A stretch of 64,000 bases of DNA, from the IMG/VR virus record IMGVR_UViG_3300008259_002461; one strand, 5' to 3'. Source of the DNA: a virus. Lineage: Duplodnaviria > Caudoviricetes. The translations under genes were made by a program, and so were the position numbers. The notes below the pieces were generated by a model that had not been told where the DNA came from, did not search any database, and saw only the letters and a list, made by a program, of their open reading frames with translations. Below are positions 29,517-38,172 of the stretch, piece by piece (the first letter of the stretch is position 1; every line of letters begins with the position of its first letter).

Positions 29517-30249
29517 TATATTCCTTTTTATAACTTCTAGCAACGAGTTTAGTAAACTCACTTGTTTTATTTTCTAATTTACCGTGCGCAATTAAATGTA
29601 TCCTAGACGTGTTAGATAAATTTATTACGCTATGATAATTTCTAATATTTATGATAAATGCTTTTCCGGTTTTAAATGGAACACATCCGTAACCGTCCAA
29701 GCTCATATAACATTCTTCTGGATGTACTAATGCTATGTTTATGGGAACTCCAAATTTGAGAGCATCAAAGTTTTCTTCACCAGGTAATTTACCAGGGGCA
29801 TCACTATGCGGGCTAATATGCCCTCCTGCTTCCAATTCCATAAATCTTATTCTTCTATAAGTATCGTACGGAAAGTTCTTCCAAAATTCTTTAATTACAG
29901 GTGTTTTGGATGCTACCGGGGTCCAATCATATGGTACTTGATCTTCATGGGTGTAACCATACGAAGTCCATGCACCGGTGCTAGCCGCGTTTATACCGTG
30001 TATACAGCAACTATTCCACCCATGACTATCGCTTTCTCTATGAGGAACTAAATGTACTTTTGAATCCTCAGCTTCTTTAATCCATTTATCAACATCAAAC
30101 TCAATATCAAGTTCTAACCAACCAAAATTACTTTTGTTCAATAACCAATCTGCTATTTCATAATCAGTTTTCGCCCATTCAGGCATTTTAGGTAAGTTAG
30201 ATTTTATATTTTTGTTTTTGTGATAAAAATCCAACGCAGTGGTATTCAT
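29503..30249 (-). CDS. Aspartyl/asparaginyl beta-hydroxylase-like 2OG oxygenase
   Basis: ISPHSD...YHSVIN..RIHLI. Confidence 0.8.
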   Translation of the reverse strand: MNTTALDFYHKNKNIKSNLPKMPEWAKTDYEIADWLLNKSNFGWLELDIEFDVDKWIKEAEDSKVHLVPHRESDSHGWNSCCIHGINAASTGAWTSYGYTHEDQVPYDWTPVASKTPVIKEFWKNFPYDTYRRIRFMELEAGGHISPHSDAPGKLPGEENFDALKFGVPINIALVHPEECYMSLDGYGCVPFKTGKAFIINIRNYHSVINLSNTSRIHLIAHGKLENKTSEFTKLVARSYKKEYNAQS

Positions 30250-30276
30250 GTCATTAACCTAGTATTTTATATCTTG

Positions 30277-30288
30277 TATTTATAAATA
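30277..30288. promoter_or_regulatory. Palindromic bidirectional T4-type late promoter
   Basis: Perfect palindrome TATTTATAAATA gives TATAAATA on both strands between divergent genes. Confidence 0.65.
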
Positions 30289-30292
30289 GTTT

Positions 30293-31126
30293 ATGAACAC
30301 AAAAATAAAAATCCCACATCTTGAGTGGCATGTTGCTCATGCTTGTAATCTATCTTGTAAAGGTTGTTGCCATCTTTCTGATTATGGGCAAAAAGGAATA
30401 GTTAGTTATAATGAGATCAAAGACTGGTATTCAAAATGGAGTCATAGACTAGCACCAAAATCAATAGACATTTTAGGGGGAGAACCTTTATTAAACAAAG
30501 ATATCTGTAAAATTATTTCTTTAACAAGAGAAATGTGGGATGATCCGTATCTAGAACAATTACAATTAACAACTAACGGACTTTTAATTCACAAATTTCC
30601 AGATTTACCTAAAGTATTAAAAGATTCTAATTGTTCTATTTCAGTGTCTTGGCATAGTGAAGATCCAAGTTATAATAAATTGTTTGATAAATCTAAAAAC
30701 ATTTTAAATGAATGGGTAGAAAAATACGGAATCCAAGTTCGTATACTAGATTTTTATAATTATTGGACTCCATTTTATAAAGGTTACGGTAGCACTATGG
30801 AACCGTTTAACGAAGAAAACTTTGAAAAAAGTTGGGATAATTGTATAACGGGACAAGATTGTTTTCAGATATATAATGGCGATATTTATAAATGCTCAAA
30901 TTTAGCGTACTTGCCTATGACTAAACAAAAAATTAATCTTTCAGAGAATTGGGATTATTATCTAAGTTATGTTCCACTAAAGCCGGAAGCTTCGGACAAT
31001 GAAATTACAGAGTTTTTTAATAAAGGTGCAGAAAAATTTTGTAGTATGTGTCCCAATTCAGTTGAAATGATTAAAAAACCAGATCCTTTAAAATTTCGTA
31101 AACAAATACTGATGAAGAAAATTTGA
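30293..31126 (+). CDS. Radical SAM protein
   Basis: CNLSCKGC, ILGGEPLL and IYKC..CSMCP, paralog of 28515. Confidence 0.88.
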   Translation: MNTKIKIPHLEWHVAHACNLSCKGCCHLSDYGQKGIVSYNEIKDWYSKWSHRLAPKSIDILGGEPLLNKDICKIISLTREMWDDPYLEQLQLTTNGLLIHKFPDLPKVLKDSNCSISVSWHSEDPSYNKLFDKSKNILNEWVEKYGIQVRILDFYNYWTPFYKGYGSTMEPFNEENFEKSWDNCITGQDCFQIYNGDIYKCSNLAYLPMTKQKINLSENWDYYLSYVPLKPEASDNEITEFFNKGAEKFCSMCPNSVEMIKKPDPLKFRKQILMKKI

Positions 31127-32331
31127 TTATGAAACAAGGAAGATTAATAAACTTTGAATTACTGTGGGATACTGACCTAAGCGTCAATGTTGTATTACCA
31201 AAACTACTTGAATTAGAATTTCAAGAAGCAGTAGCTGACGGAGTAACTACCATTTTTGGAATGTTTTTAATGGAGGGAATTTATCCGCATGATTGTCATA
31301 ATCAACAACTGTTTTTAGAAATTAAAAAAATAGCTGACAAATACAATTTAGAAGTTATTCTATTGTCAGGCCTTGGAGAAAGTTTTAACAATCAGTATAG
31401 TATAGAAAATGGTAGTATTTTAAACAATCTTCCATTTGAGGTAATATACTCATCATATCCTTTAAGAGTATGTTACAACATCATTAATAATATTCCTAGA
31501 AAATCAAAAACTATCAATAATAAGTTTTTATTCTTAGGTGGAATTCCTACTAGATTAAATAGAATTTATTTATTAAGTAAGTTGTATGAAAACAATCTTT
31601 TAATAAATGGTAAATGGTCATTTTTTATTCCGTTATCCCAAGAAGATAAAAATTATTGCAGAAATTTATTATCACATTATTCAGATGAAGAGTACGAAAC
31701 TTTTTTAAAAAACTGTACTAGCTCAATAGATGAAAAATATCAAGAAATGGCTAACTTTTTTCAAGACTATGCACCGTACGAAGAAGGCGATCTTGAAAAG
31801 TGGGGCGAAATAGTTCATACTGATTTTTGGAAAAATCCTATATACATAGATCCTGAAGTTTACGATGAAACTTCGTTAAGTATAATTTCTGAAGGTCCAA
31901 ATTATTGGTCGCCTGATTATAAATTTATTACAGAAAAAACATGGCGGACAATAATTTATAAGCATCCTTTTATATTTGCAGGCCCGCCTGAACAGTTTAG
32001 ATATATTAAACAAATGGGATTTGAAACATTTGAAAAATATATGCTTATTCAAAATTATGCACAGGTGGAAGATGAAAAAGAAAGAATTGAATTGATTGTT
32101 AAAAATGTAGAACATTTTTTAAAACACCAAACTTATCATCAAAAAGAAATACAACAAGATATTGAACATAATTTTAACTTATTCTTAAAACTAGCCAATG
32201 ATCAAAATTGTCTACTAACATCTTTAAAATCAAAATACAATATTCCTGATGCTGAGTTTTCAAAATTTTTTAGTACAACCGGCTATGAAAATTTGATTAG
32301 GCCCGTTGCCGACCTCAAAAAATTAGGCTAG
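31123..32331 (+). CDS. Glycosyltransferase-like protein (GT-B/GT10-like)
   Basis: SIISEG..FITEKTWR..HPFIFAG..GFETF. Confidence 0.5.
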   Translation: MIMKQGRLINFELLWDTDLSVNVVLPKLLELEFQEAVADGVTTIFGMFLMEGIYPHDCHNQQLFLEIKKIADKYNLEVILLSGLGESFNNQYSIENGSILNNLPFEVIYSSYPLRVCYNIINNIPRKSKTINNKFLFLGGIPTRLNRIYLLSKLYENNLLINGKWSFFIPLSQEDKNYCRNLLSHYSDEEYETFLKNCTSSIDEKYQEMANFFQDYAPYEEGDLEKWGEIVHTDFWKNPIYIDPEVYDETSLSIISEGPNYWSPDYKFITEKTWRTIIYKHPFIFAGPPEQFRYIKQMGFETFEKYMLIQNYAQVEDEKERIELIVKNVEHFLKHQTYHQKEIQQDIEHNFNLFLKLANDQNCLLTSLKSKYNIPDAEFSKFFSTTGYENLIRPVADLKKLG

Positions 32332-32363
32332 CATCATATTCGTAGTTATCAATAGTGTATGGT

Positions 32364-32403
32364 TATAAATAAGTTTATGACTATATCTGTTAGACTATCA
32401 TGA
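32364..32403 (+). promoter_or_regulatory. Late promoter plus 8-codon upstream ORF
   Basis: TATAAATA at 32364-32371, then ATG 32377 encoding MTISVRLS with a TGA overlapping ATG 32400. Confidence 0.5.
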
Positions 32404-33314
32404 AAAATAATTACGATAAACGGCATCTTCCTTTTGGACATTCTACAGCTATACAAGACAAAGAAACATTATCTTTTATCAATAATTGTAGTATCTCAAC
32501 ACAAACATTAAACGATCAAACAATTAACGAACAATTCCTTAGCAAGTATGTAGAATGGATATTGACTACAACAAATAACAAAGTAACTGGTATTGATCAG
32601 TATCCATTCAAATGTTTTTCGCAAGGGACATCTGAAGCGTTTGAAAAATTTTATATGAATTATTCTCATAGAAGATTTCGATGTTTTAAAGGCGAGTATG
32701 TTTATCATAAATTAGCTTGGAGAGATGATAGATTTAATTGGAAATACTTAGAGGATGATGCGCTTGATGCCAATGACGTAGTAATAATTAGTCAACCTTT
32801 TTCTGATACAGGCGATCAGCATCCTTTACTTAATGATATTTTAGATCAATGTGACAAACTAAATATTCCTGTAGTACTTGATTGTTGCTACTTTGGTATT
32901 TGTAGTAATATAAATTTTGATTTTACAAGACCTTGTATAAAAGAAATCATCTTTAGTTTATCTAAAACTTTTCCAGTAGCTCATATTAGAATAGGTATGC
33001 GTCTTTCAAGGATTGATAATGACGATTTGTTATTTGTGTATAACAAAAGTGGCTACACAAATAGATTAGCAGCAAGTATAGGACTTAATCTTATTAATCA
33101 TTTTGATTCTGACTACATAGTTAATAAGTATAAAAATAAACAAATTGAAATCTGTAAAAAATTAAATGTAACTCCTAGCAATACTGTGTTGTTTGGAATA
33201 GGCGGCTCTGAATGGCAGGAATACAATCGTGATAGAGCTACTAACAGATTAGGATTACATAATTTTTTACACATGGAAGATACAGAGTGCTTAGATGAAT
33301 ATGTCAAAATCTAA
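32400..33314 (+). CDS. PLP-dependent aminotransferase-like enzyme (fold type I)
   Basis: VVLDCCY and FSLSKTF (PLP lysine)..RIG. Confidence 0.75.
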   Translation: MKNNYDKRHLPFGHSTAIQDKETLSFINNCSISTQTLNDQTINEQFLSKYVEWILTTTNNKVTGIDQYPFKCFSQGTSEAFEKFYMNYSHRRFRCFKGEYVYHKLAWRDDRFNWKYLEDDALDANDVVIISQPFSDTGDQHPLLNDILDQCDKLNIPVVLDCCYFGICSNINFDFTRPCIKEIIFSLSKTFPVAHIRIGMRLSRIDNDDLLFVYNKSGYTNRLAASIGLNLINHFDSDYIVNKYKNKQIEICKKLNVTPSNTVLFGIGGSEWQEYNRDRATNRLGLHNFLHMEDTECLDEYVKI

Positions 33315-34482
33315 AATTATAAATTTTGAATGGATGTGTGATCACAATCATTACACCCATGAACAATTTGATAAAATTAAAACTGATTTAATTAAAAAAG
33401 ACATTGATCAAGCCATAGATGAAAATGTTGATACTGTTGTAGGGCTTTATCTAATGGATGGGTTTTTACAACCTAAGTATAGATACAAAGAGTTTATTTT
33501 GCACCTAAACGAAATAAAAGATTATGCTTACAATGCTGGAATTAAAAAAATAATTCTAATAAGTGGCCATGGCGAAACATTAGATAATTGTCCCTTTGAA
33601 TACCTGTTTTTAGATTTTAATCTTAGATTATTAATTAATAGCTATCCTGATCTAAATGTATTACCTAAATTCAATCCTGAAAATACAAAGTTTCTCTTTT
33701 TAACTGGCATGCCAAATAGACCTAATCGTATAGGTCTATTGAGCAAGTACTATGATAAAGATTTATTAGACACTGCTGAGTGGAGTTTTTTTGGCCCATG
33801 GACACCTATGGATCAATCTTGGTGTAGAGAATATCTTAAACATTATAGTGATGAACACTACAATACATTTTTAATTAATTGTGAAAGATCTTTTGATAAT
33901 AGATATGAAACGTGTAAGCCATTCTATGGATCGTATACTTCAACGGAAAATGCACCGCTATGGTATGATGTAGTTAATATTGACTGGGTTCAATTACCCA
34001 GTCATATTGATTCTAAAGTATATAGCGATACACTTTTTAGTGTTATATCTGAAGGTCCAAATTTTTGGTCTGAAGATTGGAGTTTCATTACAGAAAAAAC
34101 ATGGCGAACTTTTTTACATCGTCATCCTTTTATATTTGCCGGGCACCCTGATCAATTTAGATATATTAAGAAACTTGGATTTAAAACATTTGAAGAATAT
34201 TTGTTAATCAAAGATTACGCCTATATTGAAGATGAAAATGAAAGACTAGATGCTGTAGTCAAAAATACAGAATACTTATTAAAAAATATAAAAAATAATT
34301 TAGATGCTATAGAAAAAGACGTAGAATATAATTATCAAATGTATTTTAATCATGTAAACAATCAGGATAAAATTTTTAAATTCTTAAAGCACGATTTAAA
34401 TGTTTCGTCAGATGATATCCAGCCATATGCTAATATCAAAGGTTATCCGTATCTCATTAGGAGAATACCTGATGGATTCTAA
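33295..34482 (+). CDS. Glycosyltransferase-like protein (GT-B/GT10-like)
   Basis: Close paralog of 31123: SEGPN.W..FITEKTWR..HPFIFAG. Confidence 0.5.
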   Translation: MNMSKSKIINFEWMCDHNHYTHEQFDKIKTDLIKKDIDQAIDENVDTVVGLYLMDGFLQPKYRYKEFILHLNEIKDYAYNAGIKKIILISGHGETLDNCPFEYLFLDFNLRLLINSYPDLNVLPKFNPENTKFLFLTGMPNRPNRIGLLSKYYDKDLLDTAEWSFFGPWTPMDQSWCREYLKHYSDEHYNTFLINCERSFDNRYETCKPFYGSYTSTENAPLWYDVVNIDWVQLPSHIDSKVYSDTLFSVISEGPNFWSEDWSFITEKTWRTFLHRHPFIFAGHPDQFRYIKKLGFKTFEEYLLIKDYAYIEDENERLDAVVKNTEYLLKNIKNNLDAIEKDVEYNYQMYFNHVNNQDKIFKFLKHDLNVSSDDIQPYANIKGYPYLIRRIPDGF

Positions 34483-35404
34483 ATGTGCAGCTTTCTGGAA
34501 ACATACTAATGTTCGTAGCGATAACAAAATATTTCCCTGTTGTAGATTTAAGAATCCTGTAGATAATTTCAACGGCGATTTAATTCATATATTAGAGTCC
34601 AGTGCATATAAAGAACTTAGAAAAAAAAGTTTAAACGGTGAATTTATCCAAGGTTGCGAAAAATGCTATTACGAAGATGCCAACGGTAGGCAAAGTCTTC
34701 GACAACGATTAAACAAAGAATATACTACTGACACAGTTGAATTAGAATTTTTAGAAATAGGGTTTGACAATATATGTAATTTAACCTGTGACGGATGCTG
34801 GAGTGATTTTAGTTCCGAGTGGAGTAAAAAACTTAACCCTACTGCAAACAAGATTACTCACTATCGTTCAGTTGATGAGATTGTTAAAGTTCCGTCTAGT
34901 ATTAAAAAAATACTCTTTTTAGGCGGTGAACCTTTAATGACCAACCGGCATGAAAAGTTTTTAAAACTAATTGAAAATCCAGCAGCAGTTGAAATAATTT
35001 ACAACACTAACGGAATGTTTTTGTTAAAAGAAGAATTTATTAATTTTTTACATCAGTTTAAATCGGTAAAATTTACGTTAAGTATTGATGGGTACAAAGA
35101 TCTAAATAACAAAGTTAGATCTGGAAGTAAGTGGGAAGATATTTTAAGTTTTATAGAACAGATATCTAAATCTAACTTTGATCTAGAAGTGAATACAGTG
35201 TTACATTTAAATAACTGGCACGGAATAAAGGAGCTTGAATCCTTTATACAACAATTAGGAGTACCGTGGATAGTAAATGTTTTAACATATCCTACACATT
35301 TAGATATTTCTAATTTTGAACAAAAGGAACAAATTATTAATTTGATTAGCGAAACAAACATTCCAAATAAAACTTATGTCATTAACCATCTATTACATAA
35401 TTAA
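34472..35404 (+). CDS. Radical SAM protein with N-terminal twitch domain
   Basis: CAAFW..FPCC, CNLTCDGC and LGGEP. Start 34472 follows AGGAG. Confidence 0.88.
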   Translation: MDSKCAAFWKHTNVRSDNKIFPCCRFKNPVDNFNGDLIHILESSAYKELRKKSLNGEFIQGCEKCYYEDANGRQSLRQRLNKEYTTDTVELEFLEIGFDNICNLTCDGCWSDFSSEWSKKLNPTANKITHYRSVDEIVKVPSSIKKILFLGGEPLMTNRHEKFLKLIENPAAVEIIYNTNGMFLLKEEFINFLHQFKSVKFTLSIDGYKDLNNKVRSGSKWEDILSFIEQISKSNFDLEVNTVLHLNNWHGIKELESFIQQLGVPWIVNVLTYPTHLDISNFEQKEQIINLISETNIPNKTYVINHLLHN

Positions 35405-35419
35405 TAAAAGGAGTTATTT

Positions 35420-36040
35420 ATGAGTTCAGAATTTTATCAGTATTTTGATTATCCAAATTGGTTAGAACATCAAAAAAAATTGTTAGCATATAGACAATTA
35501 AAGATGGCTGACATCGTAACTGACAATCAATCATGGGCTGCGTTAAACTATGATGAATTTTCTATGGATTTAAAAGATGTTATTGACGATTATGCACAGC
35601 TTGGTCTATACATAAAACAGTTAATTTTTATATCTTTCCCCCCTACTGATTTAAATTCTACAGACATGAATGATCCAAAAACAATTTATATACATGTTGA
35701 CAGTAAGGATGACGATGAACATTTGTTAAAGGAATCAGCTCCTACATTGTTTTCTCCAAGATATGTATTTAATATTCCATTAATAAATTGTGAAAACAGT
35801 ACTACGTTTTTTTATGATTTTATAGATCCAAATAAACACACAAAAGACACTCATGTATATTTTGGAGGTTGTGTCGATTACAGTAATGTAGTTGAAGTGG
35901 ATAAATTTACTCTTAACAAACCTGCATTTCTAAAAGTTAGTGTTCCCCATGCAGTGCATAATCCTACTGATAGTTTAAGAATTGTTTGTAGTATGCGTGT
36001 TGATGATAGTAGTCCATTACTAAAAAGGCTTTTCAAATGA
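35420..36040 (+). CDS. Putative 2OG-Fe(II) oxygenase/cupin
   Basis: YIHVD...PHAVHN..R. Confidence 0.6.
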   Translation: MSSEFYQYFDYPNWLEHQKKLLAYRQLKMADIVTDNQSWAALNYDEFSMDLKDVIDDYAQLGLYIKQLIFISFPPTDLNSTDMNDPKTIYIHVDSKDDDEHLLKESAPTLFSPRYVFNIPLINCENSTTFFYDFIDPNKHTKDTHVYFGGCVDYSNVVEVDKFTLNKPAFLKVSVPHAVHNPTDSLRIVCSMRVDDSSPLLKRLFK

Positions 36041-36612
36041 CATCAACTATAAGCTGTAAACGGTATATTGAATATAACAAGATTATTAGTGCTGTAGATT
36101 CAATGGCTAAAAAAGTTGCAGAATTTAGAGAAACTATGTCAAGTGATATGTACGACTTGACTCAAGTTGACCCGGCTCCTGATTTAACAGACATACATCC
36201 TAGAGATAGAAAAAATGTTAAAATTCTTTGCGGTGCTTTGCCCTTTGATGGAAAACCAAACTTAGGCAAACTATTAAAAGAAGAATCAGATATACTAACA
36301 AATTTAAAAGGATATTCTGCTGGGTTTGTTTTCTTTATGACTCCAAATTCAATCTTACCATTACATGTACACGGCGAATATGTAGCGAAAGATTCAAACG
36401 ATACAATAGGAGTTTGGAATGCCTGTTTTGGAATTACAGTACCGTCGACAGATTCTAACATGGTAGGTATAGAAGTAAACGGTGAAGTTTATTCTCATGG
36501 TCATAATGTAGATGTAACATTTGACCCACAAACACCGCATCAAGCATGGAACCACACTAACGAGTGGTGGACTATGTTAATCTTAAATATTGATAAGAGA
36601 TTTTTTATTTAA
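36037..36612 (+). CDS. AspH-like cupin oxygenase
   Basis: LPLHVH...PHQAWN. Confidence 0.65.
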   Translation: MTSTISCKRYIEYNKIISAVDSMAKKVAEFRETMSSDMYDLTQVDPAPDLTDIHPRDRKNVKILCGALPFDGKPNLGKLLKEESDILTNLKGYSAGFVFFMTPNSILPLHVHGEYVAKDSNDTIGVWNACFGITVPSTDSNMVGIEVNGEVYSHGHNVDVTFDPQTPHQAWNHTNEWWTMLILNIDKRFFI

Positions 36613-36622
36613 AGGAAATATT

Positions 36623-37681
36623 TTGAAAATATCAACAAATAATCATTGGGATCCATTAGAAGAAATAATTGTAGGCATAGCTGATCATGCACGAGTGCCT
36701 ACAGTGGACAGAAGCACCATGAATATGAGCTACAGTAACTATAGTATGGATAGTGTTAAACCTTTAGAAGGAGCATATCCTCAATGGTTAATTGATGAAG
36801 CTAACGAAGACTTGGAAGGATTGGCTACCGCGCTAAGAAAAGCCGGAGTTAAAGTACATAGACCAAAGCCGTTAGATCACAGTAAACAGTTTAGTACACC
36901 AGAGTGGCAAACTACTGGTTGGTATACTTGGTGTCCTAGAGACTTACTGTTGCCGTTAAAAAATCTAATTATTGAAACGCCTAGTGGGTGTCGTTCTAGA
37001 TATTTTGAAACTAGGGCATATCACGATATAATGTTAGAAGCAGTTCGAGATGGAGTTGAATGGATAGCAGCACCTAAACCTATTCTATTAGATGAAGGCT
37101 ATCAATTTGAAGATATACAAGGAAAGCCAAGTTTATTAAATTTAGAACCTATATTTGATGCTCCTAACTGTGTGCGTTTGGGTAAAGATATTTTATTTCA
37201 AATTTCAAACACTGGTAATCATTTAGGAATGCAATGGTTAAAAAATGTGCTTGAACCTAGAGGTTATAGAATACATGCGGCAGAGCATATTTACAGTTTT
37301 GCTCATATGGATAGTACCATCGTTCCTTTAAGTCCGGGGAAAGTTTTGTTAAATAGTACTAGAGTCACGCCTGAAAATTGTCCTAAGATATTTGAAAAAT
37401 GGGATAAGATATGGTTTAAAGATGTAAATATTAATCCTACTACAGAAACCGGACCAGGCAGTATCAGTCCGTGCAGTCCGTATATAGGAATGAATATTTT
37501 AAGTATAAACCCTAGTACAGTAATAGTAGGCGAAGATCAGATTAATTTAACAAGAGTTTTAGAAAAACAAGGATTTGATGTAGTACATGTAAAAATGCGG
37601 CACGCTCAAACACTTAGTGGCGGACTTCATTGTACTACTTTAGATTTAAGAAGAACAGGATCGTTAGAGGATTATACATGA
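36623..37681 (+). CDS. Amidinotransferase (glycine/inosamine-phosphate amidinotransferase family)
   Basis: WDPLEEIIVG, CPRD, HMDST and GGLHC (catalytic Asp/His/Cys). TTG start follows AAAGGA. Confidence 0.9.
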   Translation: MKISTNNHWDPLEEIIVGIADHARVPTVDRSTMNMSYSNYSMDSVKPLEGAYPQWLIDEANEDLEGLATALRKAGVKVHRPKPLDHSKQFSTPEWQTTGWYTWCPRDLLLPLKNLIIETPSGCRSRYFETRAYHDIMLEAVRDGVEWIAAPKPILLDEGYQFEDIQGKPSLLNLEPIFDAPNCVRLGKDILFQISNTGNHLGMQWLKNVLEPRGYRIHAAEHIYSFAHMDSTIVPLSPGKVLLNSTRVTPENCPKIFEKWDKIWFKDVNINPTTETGPGSISPCSPYIGMNILSINPSTVIVGEDQINLTRVLEKQGFDVVHVKMRHAQTLSGGLHCTTLDLRRTGSLEDYT

Positions 37682-38172
37682 TTGAGTTTGTAACAAATAT
37701 AAAAGATTTTTGGTCAACTGATTTAGAAAAATTTGTCTTTCCAGTTATGTCACCTCTTAACACTAATGTAAGAGATTATTGGAATCATCCTAATTTTCAA
37801 AATGCCAAACCTCTCTTGCAAGCATTTGACAATGATTTACCAGAGTATTGGAATAAATTTCTAATTGAGCTAGGTACAACAGAAGGTACAGTATCTTGGA
37901 CTAACCTAGTACCGGGTCAAGTCCTACCTGTTCATACTGATGAGTTTTATAAACTAAGAACCAAGTACAATGTTGATATAGAAAAATGTAGAAGATATTT
38001 AATTTTTCTAAATGATTGGGTACTTGGACATTCTGTTGATTTTGAAGAAAAGACTATAACAAGATGGAAGTGTGGAGATGTTTGGTTATTTGATCATCGT
38101 TCATTCCACTGCGCCGCTAATGCTTCTACAGTAGATTTTATAACCTGTCAGGTTAATACTATTACGATTTAA
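37678..38172 (+). CDS. 2OG-Fe(II) oxygenase (AspH-like)
   Basis: LPVHTD...FHCAAN. Start moved to 37678. Confidence 0.72.
   Translation: MIEFVTNIKDFWSTDLEKFVFPVMSPLNTNVRDYWNHPNFQNAKPLLQAFDNDLPEYWNKFLIELGTTEGTVSWTNLVPGQVLPVHTDEFYKLRTKYNVDIEKCRRYLIFLNDWVLGHSVDFEEKTITRWKCGDVWLFDHRSFHCAANASTVDFITCQVNTITI

Noticed and set aside
1-38172. Bacterial capsule/LPS island or RiPP cluster
   Set aside because: No Wzx/Wzy or ABC exporter, precursor peptide or protease was recognised. It has phage late motifs and runs directly into phage genes.
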